From Gordius albopunctatus (Eukaryota), in NCBI GenBank assembly GCA_964276515.1, contig OZ193909.1, forward strand, positions 1,426,001-1,490,000: a stretch of 64,000 bases of DNA, given 5' to 3'. A program made the translations under genes and the position numbers. This document shows, in pieces, positions 41,072-54,388 of the stretch. How positions within the stretch are numbered: the first letter of the stretch is position 1; every line of letters starts with the position of its first letter. Under the pieces are notes generated by a model, which ran no database searches, was not told where the DNA came from, and was given only the letters and a program-made list of their open reading frames with translations.

Positions 41072-41163
41072 CTGCTTGTTTCGTCTGAGTAGCAAATCTA
41101 TCAATCATCGATTCGATTGAGCCTGTGATACAGACGAAGCGATAAGGCATATATCGTCGGCAA
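41072..41163 (-). mobile_element. Small LINE RT fragment (family of 38150-39487)
   Basis: ADDICLIASSVSQAQS..MIDRFATQTKQAG resembles ADDLCLVVTSTKKAQSMVDRFSDQAKQAG. Confidence 0.7.
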
Positions 41164-44100
41164 ATAGTTATTTTTAATAAATTTTATGATTTTGATGTGG
41201 TGATGGCTATACTTACCATTTATTTCAGTAAGCGCAATGCAAACTTTTTCAAATATACGTTTCAAGCTTTGTTCGTTTTTATCATATCGTTGTTTTAAAT
41301 AAATAGCCTTTTTTGTTGTTTCATTTTAATCTCCTATGGTCATTCTCAATTTTATATCAGGTCGCAATTAGTATTTAAAAAAATAGAGTTTTTAAAATGA
41401 GAGCCATTTAATATAACTTTAATATTATTTTTATTTATAAATATATGATGTAGTCTAAATTAATAATCAACTAACACTTTGTTTAATAAATATTAATCGC
41501 TATTCAATTTTATTTTGTTAATATATTTTTCCGTTCATGAGTCAAATTTAAATTTGCGAATATACAAAAAGGAAAATAATTAACCGATTGAATGATCTGC
41601 TTCCATATTTATTAAAAATACTACACTACATAGGATTAATTTAAACGATATGTCCCGTTTATACTTAAATGTATAACCGCAACACTTTAAATCTAACGCG
41701 AACCGAAACATTTTAAAATCTTCAACCCGATCTAACTCCAAACATTTTAATTTTAACCCAAACTCTACTGTATTGTCCATGAGATCTAAACATTTTCCTC
41801 AACTGATAAATACTTTTATATTCTCTTTCTAATAGTTTAAGTTTTTCCTCGATCCCTAATAACCTACCTTTTGTCTTTAATCTTTGTGCGTCTTGCTGTA
41901 AATCATGGAAATGCAAACTGGTAAAGTATCAATATATATGTTCTTAAGTTCAAAACTGGCATATATTGTTTTTACTAAATTTATAGAATCTTCTTTAAGA
42001 AAAAAAGATATTAGATTTTAATACTTGTAATCGTGTTTTTTTAGTGTTTACATATATTTTGTGTTTTTAAACTCAATAAAAAATTTTAATTGCTACAAAA
42101 ACTCTCTCGATGTACTTTAGAGAACATGCATTATGATGTTATACCAATATAATTTAGCCCAATGCCAAGCAGAGCGCGGCAAACTTCAAATGCGCCGCAA
42201 TTTATATATTATTTGAAAGCAGGATTCTTTTCAATAAATAGTAAAATGTTGAATGTTAAACACAAATTGGTAGAAAATTATAGTTTATCGGTCTGCTTGG
42301 TTACAAAAACAAGCCTCCTCTAGCTTTTTACTTTTTGTATATGCATAAAAATAGAAAAATCTTTTGGAAAACTTTGGAAACTAAGATAATTCAAATCCAT
42401 TATTGAACTGATTAATATTGGGATCCACACCAATCGTATATTGTCCATGATATAAAAATATTTTTGGTAGCTAAATTTTTTAATTTGATTTACGTTCATG
42501 TGGGGTCTAAATGACCCCAGAAGAGGATTTTAAAAGGTCTAAAAATTTTATTGATATCGGTTATGATGGGCTATCATTATTTTCATCATTTTCCCTCTTT
42601 AAAAAAAGTTTATAATTTTTATTAGAAATTTCTGGGGCATAGATTGAGTTGGTAAAAGCATCTTTTACAGTTTAAATACGATTTAAATGCTAATCTTTAA
42701 TTTAAAATGTTAAGAAATCAAATTTTCCACACACTTATACTAAAATTATAGAGCTCATTTAGTTGTAAATTTTTATCAATTTCACTTTTTTTAATTATAA
42801 TTTTCCTACAAACCTTAGCGATTTGTTACAATATTTTTATCATTTATAACCTATGGTGTTGTGTTTTTGCTGTTATCTTAAATTAAAATCAATCAGTTTC
42901 CTATTTGCATATTATATGCTTAGTTAATTTAAAATGTCTTTTTTCTCATTAATTTTCTCCTTTCTATTCACTTTCTACTATCCTTAGTTATAATAACCAT
43001 ATTTTTAAATTATTTTTTTTCACAATTATCACTACAAATAAATACCCTGAAATAATTAAATAAACACGGCATAGATAAGCTTAGCCAAGGGGAGGCGGGA
43101 ACCGGCGGCTAGCCCCCTTCAACTCTAGATATTATATTCATAATTTAACATAAATATGGCTAAAATATCAAAAAATTATCATTTTGCCCGTCCCTAAATC
43201 ATTATTGCCCCCTCTCTAATTTCAATCCTGCCTACACGCCTATGTAGAATTTAGATGTAAAGTTGAAACAAATATATGGGAATCCAATGTTAAAAATGCA
43301 GTCATATAAGTAGTTCCATGTTTTGTAATTTCTATTGATTAATTTTAAATTAGTATTATTTTTTAATCTCTAGATTGATTGTAGTATCTACTAAACTTGC
43401 TAAAGCATTCTTCAAGGGCTAAACTTACCCCGCGCGCGATACAATCAATGTAAAATTCCTTAGAATCTTGTAATTTCTAACAGCTGTTAACAACTGCTAC
43501 TTAACCCCTTTGCTAACCAACATTACCTATATAATAACTTTAGAAAGGAAGTCGCGTCGCATGTAATGTGATTTTTAATTTTAAAACCTTTATTTTTTCC
43601 TTGCTATACCTTTTAAAATTTTTTTTTTAAATATACGAATAAAAACATTTAATTTCCTAAATCAAACGATTTATTTTTATGAATCCTATATTCCCGGGAT
43701 TGTGTGCAGGTTAGAAAACAATTCTATAATCATAAATTTTATCGGGAAAAACCATATACAAAATTACCTAACCACATTTGTCTATATGGCAGCAGCAGCA
43801 GCTTTTTAATATTTAACCCGAAAAAAAACATAGTATTTTATATTGTAAAGAGGGGGGGGGTCGAAGGGGTAATAAAATAAAATCGTTAAAAATAAGCAAT
43901 TTTATTAACATCTCTTCTCCAGTATTATGACCTATAAAGTAACATTAACTAGTAAGGAACCATGCTATTTTAAAATAACAATTCATCCCACTCTTGTTAA
44001 AGCGCCCCCTAGTTTTTTTCCGCAAATCTTAAAACCAATAATCGTCCACCTGATGGGTATCAATCATTGTATCAAAGTTTTTTATACCTTTTTAAAGCAT

Positions 44101-44425
44101 CTTTAACCTGTATTTTTTGTATTTTAACTTTAAAATTTATTGTTTTTCTCTACTAGAATAAACGTTTGGAAGGGATGGGATCGGAAGCAAAATCAATAAT
44201 ATGTGACTTTCAATCCAATGCCTTGCAAATTGGCGAGAGATTTCTTGAAAAAACAATGAGCGCGGATTACAGAAGATTTCTCTGACTTAGCGACACAACT
44301 AACCAAGGACATTAAAATGTCTTAGACCCTTGTTATAGATATGAAGATCATTGACAATCCCTCGTCAACTAATTATAAAAATTTGTCAATTTTACCCGAA
44401 ATCCGCTCTATTTACAATTATTGTT

Positions 44426-46034
44426 ATGAAAGACAGAGTTCCTATCTACTATACCCCCTTCACCTTATTCATAAACTCCAAAGCTTATTGGTTCATTACG
44501 AGATTGATGCTCGTCATGCTATTTAATCAACCTTGGGCCGTAGAAAGTTTATATGAAATTTTATATTGTTTTTCGTTAATTTTAAATTTAGCCATAAAAT
44601 TATAATAAATTTGCCTCTTCCTAACAAGTTATACCTTAGAAACCAATATTCATAAATTTGAAATATTTTTTGAGTGCGTGATTTTAAGAATGCAAAATTC
44701 ATTTTAAAAGTTTTTAACTTTGTCCGATTTTTTAAAGCAGCAAAGTCAAGTATAAGGATCAGCTCGCCTTTAGAATGGTTTTATATTAAAATACTTTTTT
44801 TTCGAAAATTAGGAAAAACATTCAAGTTTTTGTAGAGATTCAAGCTTTTATATAAATCTAAATTAATAAAATAAAGTGTGATATCATGGTTAAAAACAAA
44901 TTTTCGCCGAATCACTGATTTTGAAAATTTAAAATTTTACCAGATTTGTTTTAAAAGAAAATTTTATGTTGGGGCTAGGAAAGGGATCACCGTTAGACAC
45001 ATAAAAATCCTGTCCAAGATTCATATAGACCCCAAATTTACTATTATATAATATCATTGATCCATTTTAAAAACGCAGCTATTAAATGTTCTCAATGTTC
45101 GACGGTGCAAGATTCATTGTGCATTGCGCAGCCACCGAGAGCCATTGAATGTCCAAATCTTATTTTTCAATATTGCCTTACCGTTGTCGAAACTAATTTA
45201 TCTGGTAATTTTTACTCTAGTAAAAATATTTTTTACTCGCCTCTTGTAATTTTTTAAACCGTAGAACTAACTAATTTTTTTTTTGTAAAATTAGATATTA
45301 TTTCAAAAGAAGAAGTAATTAAAATATCTTAGACTTTACACTCGTTTTTAAGAGGTATACATTTAAAAGCTGTAAAATAATAGATTCAATGTTATTTGCG
45401 GGAAAGTATAAAATTTACGACTACAATTAAAAAAAGAAGTTCAAATGACATAAAGTATTTTAAAGCAATTTAAATCACTAATTCCTTCGTGAATCTCGTT
45501 CCGGAGAGAGTGGGGAGGGCAAACGACCTCTTTAATAACTTTTAAATTAAATTTTAATTTTTTTAAATTTTTTAAAACCTCTCCCATGCAAAAAAATGCA
45601 TCTTAAATGATTATTTTCACTAAAAATTCATTTTCAAACATTTAAACTAACAAAAACAACGACACATATTAGGAACGCTCTTATCTTACACGAGAAGTTG
45701 TAGTCCGGATTTTTATGCGAGTAAATGCGAAAATATCGATACTGCATCGCTGCAGGATGTATCGCCGCCACTTGAATCGCAGCAAAACACATCTACCCGT
45801 CGCTTACAACAGCCCTCAATAAGTTTTATACCCGCAACTGTTAATGTTTGTGTCAAAACTTGTGCCCAAGATGGTTGCAATTCAAAACCGGCTCTAGTAT
45901 TATCCGACTCGATCCGACCCGACCAAAAATCGTCATCCTGCCCGATTCAAACCGAGCCGGGTTTTGTTTTTGTTTTCGCTGTCGCGCTTCAAATTCTCGC
46001 CTCGTTTTATACTTATTTTATGCGTTTTACGTAG
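44426..46034 (+). CDS. Ly6/uPAR three-finger (quiver/sleepless-like) protein, predicted GPI-anchored; exons 44426-44546, 45079-45204, 45673-46034
   Basis: Signal-like exon ending WAVET, then IKCSQC..LC..EC..YC..TRSC..KC..VCVKTCAQDGCN (10 Cys, terminal CN) and a hydrophobic C-tail. Phase-1 GT-AG joins are in frame. The first exon is less certain. Confidence 0.82.
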
Positions 46035-46608
46035 CGAAATAAATAATAAATCACCGCGATTCAGAATTTTGATATCATTTTTAAACAATTTTGAACTTGT
46101 AAAATAAAATATTTACTTTTAAAGAAAGATTTATTTTCAAACATAAAAATCTTCAATAGACAGAAGACACAAAGATGTGTCACTTTTAATATGGAAACAA
46201 TTATACTAAGGTAAATGCACTATACAATGCAGGGACAAAGTTTTTTTCAATTAATGACTTTGTCACCTGAGGCTTGATGAATATTAAAATTATTTTAAAA
46301 ACTTTTTTTGCTGTAAAATCAACAACGCCATAAATTGAAATTGTCACTTTAAATCATTTAAAACAAAAAATTAAACTTGAATTTAATATGCGACATGTCT
46401 TCTGTAATTGCAAATGACGATGCCTTTTACAGCTATATCTAAAATTCGGAAAAATAAAATATATGCTTTTTTATCGTGGAATTTAACTAAAAGGTACTTC
46501 TTATTTTTAAATTTTTGATTTTATTAAAGCTTTTTGACCTATTTTGGTACCAAAATAAACGAAAATTTTTAAACTAATCTTTAAAAGGTTTACTTTATTC
46601 TTCTAAAA

Positions 46609-49600
46609 ATGGCAATTAGAGTATGGAGATTAAACAAAGCGGATTTACACCTCATATTCCTTTATCTAATTCTCATGATATTGGTTAGCCACATTATGAT
46701 TCAGAGCTCAAATCATCAAATTAATAAGGAATTCAAAGGTAATATGAGTAAGAAATTCAAAAATTTATTTGTAATATACCTTACTAGTGTTGTAAAAACG
46801 AGTGGGTTATGTTAGGTTACCCAAGGTTTGTGGTCTTTTTTTTTTAGCCGACCTCTAAGTTTAGTCAAAATATGAAAAAGATACCAGAATCGAGCGTTAG
46901 TTCTAGTTAAACCAAAGTTGGACCAAAGGAGACCTAGCCGGTTTTACAAAATTAGGACTAACTAATTTTATGACATTTTTTGGCATTGGGTCGATATGAG
47001 GTAATAACCTAATCGTAACTATAGTAGAGATTTGGAAATTTATTAATAAAGCTTAAGTTTCAAGATATTGAATGTTTGAAAATAAAAATGACATTTATTT
47101 ACATTTTAGCAATAATTACTAAATATTGGAGGGGGATGGGGCGTGGTGGCGAGAGGTAGTGGATATAGGTTTAGTCTTTGAAGCAAGAGCTTGCAGGTTC
47201 AATCCTGCCTCTGGCACTTATTTCAAAAGATTAAAAATCACATCGTCAACACGGCTGTAAGGCCTGGCTGGATAACCTAGCATTACCCCTCATCCAAATA
47301 TCTAAAGAAGCTGCTATTGGAAATTTTTTTATTGGAGGGGGGGGGCTTAAATGTCTCTCTTTGTCCCTTCCTTGTCCCTGGCTACTGTTTCAATCTCGTA
47401 TCGTCTAGACGAGAATTCTCGACTTGTCTCGACTATTTAAATATTTTATGAATTTTCCTAATTTTTTGAAAATTATTAAATAAGTGACAAATTTGGGAAA
47501 AATCAAAATGGCAAACCATTTTTAATATTGAAAATCTTTAATAATACAAAAGCTTCATTTTAGAGTGACTTGAGATGAATAGTGTTGTAAGGTTTTTTGG
47601 TGTCTGTTTTTCTTAGATCTTCAAGAAACGAACCACAAATATAACATTTTCTTTCGAAAGTGCCTATTATAAAACAAAACTATCTCTTAACTTCATGGGC
47701 TTAGCCCCAGAGGAGGCAGGGATGCGCTAAAGCCTTTAAATTTAATATAATTATGGCTAAAATTTCAAAAAATTATCCGTGCCCCCCTCTCTAAATCATT
47801 ATTGCCCCCCTCTAATCCAAACCGTTTTTACAACACTATTACCCATAAAGTTTATTGCATGTTTACTGTAATGGTATAAACCACAAAGTGCGCGTGTTGT
47901 AATGAATTTAAAAATGTTTTAGTAATAATAACTACCCCATCAGAATTCACAAAATTTGTGTTATATAATATTGATAAATATATTACGAAATTATTTACAT
48001 TTAAATATCCTAAGGGCCACATCTACTTAGGTAATTGAACTAAAATCAGTAAAATTTGAATTATTGCAAAATTCTATAATATTTACTACACTCGTGTAGT
48101 TTTTAATACTAATATATTCCAATTATTAAATAAATATACATTTGATATTTTAAATGTGAATCATAAAAAACAACGCATAATTTAATCTACTTAGAAAATA
48201 TAAAAAATTCAAAAGAGATCTCGCCGAAAAAATCTCGTATCGTCTCGACACCAAAATTCTCGCCTCGATCATGGGTAAAATTATGGTCTAGAGACCGAGT
48301 TTTTTTAGATTTTTTGCCTACAAACCCCTTAAAATAATAAATAAATAAATTTTGAATCGATTGCCCCATATGTAGCGAGTGGCAAATTACGACCGTTGAG
48401 CAGGAAAATGGTGTTAGGCTCCATGGATATCGCTGATCAACAACTATTCAACGCCCGTCGTCGTCACATGATGATCGCTTGTAAAGCCGAGAAGGCATCA
48501 CATGGTCGTGGTCATAACAGGTCGGCGTCACGTTTCGTAAACGCTATTGACTTACCCGATAATCAGCTGACCAAACTCGGGCTCGAAAACGTGTTGGTTA
48601 ATCACGAGTTAAGAGCGGTTTTCTGCACCATACCCAAGGCCGGTAGTACCAGCTGGAAATCAATTTTCCTAGCGATAGAAAAAGCTAAACATTCTTCAAC
48701 ACCTTCTTCTACCTCCAGGATAGGCGGAGTAGATTGGATTGATCAAAGGGAAGTTTTATACGGACGCGATTTAAAACGATTAAGTATGAAGCTCTAGATT
48801 TCTTACACTTAAAGTATATGCATAATCATCTTTCTCACACATATGCTTCATCTAGAAAAAGTTATTAATATGATGAATTTTAATCTGAACTTGACCAGAA
48901 TATAAAAAGCAAACTTTTTTAAACTGGACAGAGGAATTTTATTATATGCAAAGTCAGGGGGAGGGAGTTAAGTAACCGGTGCAAGACTTTAGTTGTATAT
49001 ATCTAATGCTATTCAATAACCAGGCTACTACTCGGCTGAAGAAGTCAGAGAAATACTAAAGCAATACGTGAAAATCATATTCGTGAGACATCCATACTTC
49101 CGACTACGATCGACTTATAACAATAAATTTATCCAAATTCCATCGAGTTATCTTAACACGCGTTACAAACCAATGATGCTTTCAGCCTTGGGTGCTTTTT
49201 ACAAGAGAGCACCAAAGGTCCGCGCCTTATTGTCGCGCCCCAGGAACGTTATAAAGGCAGGAGACTTGAAAAAATTGTCGCGAGACTTTTGGATAACTCG
49301 TCAAAATTTAACTTTTGCCCAATTCGTTTCTTACGTAACTATAGCTAGTCCAATGCATAATATACACGCTGATGAGCATTGGGATACTTATCAAAATTTA
49401 TGCTTGCCTTGCTCTATTAGGTATGTAGGAATAGTAATCATTAACTTAAACCCCAAGAATTATGATTTATATATTTAAAGCAAATTTAATAATGGAAATT
49501 TCAACTTTAATTTTAAAATAAACTTTTATTTTAACAGGTACGATATCATTGGAAAATTTGAGAATTTCAGAAGTGAAAGTTCGACTATTATAAAAGCGCT

Positions 49601-49862
49601 AGGAGTAGACAGACTAGAAGCGTATGGGTCAGCTTGGAATTATATAAAATCGAAAATGGATGTTAAAAAGGGGATGATGCGTGAAAGAAAAGATTACAAT
49701 AAATATTTGATCGGGAATACATGGTACAACAAAAAGAGCAAGCACAAATTGGATCCTGAATTTCAATATTGGAGAGAAATTCCTTATCCCACAATACGTC
49801 AGCATTTCAACCAATTCTACGCTTCAGATTTCAAACTTTTCAATTACTCGCGAATAACATAG
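46609..49862 (+). CDS. Golgi carbohydrate sulfotransferase (Sulfotransfer_2 / CHST8-14-like), 4 exons
   Basis: N-terminal type II TM; 5'PSB CTIPKAGSTSWK; 3'PB FVRHPYFRLRSTYNNKF; HWDTYQNLCLPCSIRYDIIGKFE; YASDFKLFNY. Confidence 0.92.
47136..47329 (+). mobile_element. tRNA-derived SINE in sulfotransferase intron 1
   Basis: A box TGGCGAGAGG, B box GGTTCAATCC, unique body, T-run end, 12-bp TSD TATTGGAGGGGG (47124-47135, 47330-47341). Confidence 0.75.
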
Positions 49863-50690
49863 ATTCTGAAATCACATGAATATTGGGTGTAAATAAAGGG
49901 TTGGAAATGGGAATATACCTGTTTTTACTTTCTATGCAACTTATGCACAAACCCTCACATGGTCCTAGCAAAGGGGGGGGGGGCAGAGAGGGACGGCTGC
50001 CCCCCTCTAAATCCAATACTTTTTTTAAAATTAATAAAAATGATGTCTAAAATTTCATCAAAAAATTATTATTTTGCCCCTCCCTAAATCATTACCCCCC
50101 TCTGTAATCCCAATGCTGGCTACGCTCTTGAAACTTTGTAGAAGAAATGTATTGTCTGTCTTTTGTGTTACATTTTTATAACAAAATTGTTAAATAACAA
50201 AGGGATTGGACACGGGTGTAGCTAGCATTGGAATCACAGTGGGGGGGGTAATGATTTAGGGAGAGGCAATATGATAATTTTTTGATGAAATTTTGGCCAT
50301 AATTTTAATAAATTAAAAAAAAAATTTTGGAGTTAGAGGGGGGGCAGCCGTCCCTCCAACCTGCCTAAGATCATAGGATTGGGTGTTGTACTTACCAAAT
50401 CTTACAATAATAGTGTGTATTAATAAATGCATCAAAAATTTGTATAGGCGACGTGGTTAAGGCTCAGCTTATTATGTTTTGAATTTTAAAATTATCTTTC
50501 TAAAATTTCAAAAAGTGAAAAGCAATCTTATATTTAAAATAAGTTTATAAATTAGTAATAAAATTTTTCACTAGGTGCTATACAAATCTATTATTAAGTA
50601 ATAAGGCAAAAAATATTGAGATACAATTGTACATAAAAAGCTTTTTTTACAAATCAGATATAAAATCAATAATCTTGAAATTAATTTAAT

Positions 50691-52149
50691 CTATTTTTTG
50701 GCAAAATTGATAGTCATTGCATGGGTTGGAGTTATTTTGAACCCTTGCAAAGCACTTTTAGCAGCAGAAGCTTGTATATCTGACATGAACTCTACAAAAG
50801 CTATATCGTGCCGACCTGGTACCATACGAACTTCGTTGAACCCACTAAATCTAAATTATACGATAAAAGTATAAAAAATTAACCATAATCAAATAATTTA
50901 TGGGGAAAAATTTTTTATCCTCAACAACATTGCAGCGAAGTGAAAAATATTATCAAAATTGATAAAATCTATATTAAAGTAAATGACAACACAGGCTATT
51001 CTATGCAAGAAGGAAAATTAAATCATACAAATCTTTAATATAAAGTCTTTACAATTTTTAATAATTATAAATGGAATGTTTTCCCAATATTTAAAATTTG
51101 TAAATTTTTTCTTTATTTATCACATCTTCAAAAATATGTATTCTATAAAAAATAAATTATAAAAATATTTAAAGTTTTTTGTTAAAATTATTGTTATTAC
51201 TGGTTGAAAAGCATGTTGAGCATGGAGTCAGTTGTCTCGGGGGGTAGTTTTGATAAGAAAAGAATGTTGTTGGAATCATTTGAATCTAATAGGCATAAGT
51301 TCAAATTAGTAACAAAATATTTATAAATAAAGCATTTTTATTAAAAATAAACAATAATTTAAACAATGAATTTTAACACTGAAGTTTTTATTAAACTTAT
51401 ATACCCAAAATAAAATTATAACAGTAAAGCTAAAGGTATCTAATATCTTATTTACATTCCAAAAATAGAAATTTAAATACAAAAAATTGTTGTGATATTT
51501 GAGAACTATCTTTAAAAATAAATTTTAGAAAAGATTAAACCATTGATCACAACCTTTAATACTCTATTAAGTTTTGTAATATTAATACATTTGGATAAAT
51601 TATTGGAATGTCACTAATGAATAAAATTATAATAATTACTTTGGTGTGAATCTTGATTAAAAGATTGTGAGTAGGAGTTATCATTATCCCCATTTTGTTT
51701 TCCTTCTCCTTTCTTTTTCTTTTTAGGGTTTGTAGCTTGATCTTTATCACCTTCCTTTTTGGGCCTTTCTACAAAGGTTCCTTTAATTTTAGCAACCAAA
51801 TCTGAGTCAGATTTAGCATATTGTATTACCTTTAAACCAATTATATTTGAAAGATTATAATATTGTTTTTACCATAGGCTTGTCATAAAAAGGAAACCCT
51901 TGCATAGCTTTAAGTGCATTTGCTGCACTGTTTATATCTTTAAATATAACAAATGCCTGTCCTCTCATTTTCAATGTCTTAAGGGCAACTATATCCAAAA
52001 TTTGTCCAAATTGAGAAAATATAGCATAAAGAGATTTTTTAACTTCTGTAACAAAATAAATTAGTATAAAATTAATTATACAAACCATCTTTTTTGATTT
52101 TTTCATTTAGATTTCTTATATAAATGGTATGGTTTGGTGGATACTGCAT
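50691..52149 (-). CDS. snf: U1A/U2B''(SNF)-family snRNP protein, two RRMs, 5 exons
   Basis: [64 protein letters not shown]2 [48 protein letters not shown]. Confidence 0.95.
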
Positions 52150-52912
52150 ATTTTACCACTAATGAAAGAAAAAACGTTTTTATAATTTTTTTATAAATGG
52201 CAGTTAGTTACTTGATGAATTCGGCACAAAAATGTATATATGATTTTGTGGTGTGTTCAGCTTCCTAAATATTAATTTCATGAGAGGTTAAAAGATATCC
52301 ATATATAGCTAAATATCACGTTTTCATTTTCTATAGTTATATGGTTGTGGAGATCCTAATCTATACTTTCAATTGTTAAAATGATAGTCAACAGTTACGG
52401 TTATAAAATTGTGCTGCCCTAATGTATTCCAAAACTTTTTTATATTATAAGCAAAATAAACTTTAAATTCTCTCTTATATAAAATCCACTAAATTTTAGA
52501 ATAAAACCATTTTTAAAGTCTTTGTAAACCATTATATATGCTTTTATCGAGGAGAATTTCTAAATATCCCTCCCCCATTTTCAAGAGAACCAGCTACAAC
52601 TATTTTAAACAGCATGCTTAAATATTAGCCAAAATCTATAAGTAATTTAGCCACGCATATAGATGGTTTTATTTAGTATTTTTAATGCAAAATAACAGTT
52701 ATGAATATGAGTGTGAGGAAAAAAATAAGTGTGACAGAATAATGTATAAAATTATTGAAATTCTAGGAAAATTTTCTCATCTGTGTTCTTCCGTCAAAAC
52801 TCTTTCAAGCCACATGAACACTTAGATTTATCAATGGTTTCACTACAGATACTCTCCCTCAAAATAAATTATTTATAAAATTGTTTCGTACCTTATTCTC
52901 CTATAATGAGAG

Positions 52913-54108
52913 TGTAGACAAATAAGTTTCTACTTTTAATATAACCCAAAGGATTCAAGAGAATGAATTCTTTTATGTAACATATTGTGTTTATATACAT
53001 CTAGTAAGTTTACTTGTGTGAATAATAACGAGAGATTAATTATAACGAGTGGTCAAATACAAGGTTAAGATTTATGAATAGTGAGAGTTGTGAATGCTCG
53101 AATAATAAAGGTTAAGTTTTTTTCCTAGGTAACCGATGTTCGAGTTGCTTTATTCAAATTGCCTAGGTAACCATATAATTCCCCTCCTATTTGCAAGGAG
53201 TGCTAAAAATGAAAGTAAAAATACTCAGTTAGCTTAGTTTATCAAAGGTTTATTGTTTGCACTAGTGTTTGCTGGTGTTGTGACCGAGCACCCTGGAAGT
53301 TGATGTGCTATCCTATATATAATTACATTTGTTGGAGCAGACATATCTATTTTAGAATCGCATTCTTCCCTAAGTTAAATCGGTCAGTATTGGTTAAAAC
53401 CTTTATAGTGGTAGGTAGTAGTAAGTGTTTTTGCGTTGCCGAACGTCGTCTTTGCTCGTTGCAAGCGTTCCTGCGCTGTGTTTTGCAAATAAGTTCATTG
53501 ACAGGGCAGTGGACCAATAGGACGTTCAGTAGACGATGTTGTTGCTTGTGTAGCGGAGTAGTAGGGTAACCTGGTTTTCTTCGTATTAACAATTAGATAG
53601 GTAGGTAGATTGTATCTTTCCAGCAGTCGGACAAATATGGATGCCGAATTTAGAAGATAATGCCCTATATCTGAATTGTTTTATTTTAACTAAGAAAACC
53701 AAATAACATTACTAAATGGACTGTTATGGGGGAGAAAAATTATGTCACCTCCGACAGTCGGGTTAATGTTTACCTGGGTTATAAATTTATAGGGGGGAGG
53801 AATTAAAAAAAATTCGGCTCCCCCGAAACGTCGGGGTCACCATTTTGTAGAGAAATAAGTTTTTACTTTTAATATAACCCAAATGATTCAAGAGAATGAA
53901 TTCTTTTATGTAACATATTGTGTTTATATACATCTAGTAAGTTTACTTGTGTGAATAATAACGAGAGATTAATTATAACGAGTGGTCAAATACAAGGTTA
54001 AGATTTATGAATAGTGAGAGTTGTGAATGCTCGAATAATAAAGATTAAGTTTTTTCCTTAGGTAACCGATGTTCAAGTTGCTTTATTCAAATTGCCTAGG
54101 TAACCATA
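52913..54108 (-). mobile_element. Miniature non-autonomous LTR retrotransposon (TRIM-like)
   Basis: 263-bp direct repeats at 52913-53175 and 53846-54108; PBS TGGTGACCCCGACGT (tRNA-Trp); PPT AAATAGGAGGGGAA; 4-bp TSD AGAG. Confidence 0.9.
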
Positions 54109-54388
54109 AGAGAAATATGATTATTCAATAAAATAATCCAACAAAGGGTGGTGCAAGTGGTAAAATAGCTTTATAATCTTGATCATATATAACATTTGCT
54201 TAAATCTATTTTGTCACCTGCTTCCTTGCCTAATATGAGCTTAAATAAAACTAAGAAAGGTTTTAAAACTGAATGTTCAATTCTAATTCGAAATGAATTC
54301 TTTTATATTTTAATAATTTATCACTAATTTCGACGTGATAAGTAAGGTATTATAAACGATATGTAGTCAATTCGTCAATTCTTTTAAA

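Noticed and set aside
47138..47218. Functional tRNA gene
   Set aside because: The cloverleaf is imperfect, and it is followed by a body and flanked by a TSD, so it is a SINE head.
52913..54108. Simple tandem duplication or assembly artefact
   Set aside because: The PBS, PPT and TSD show the repeats are LTRs.
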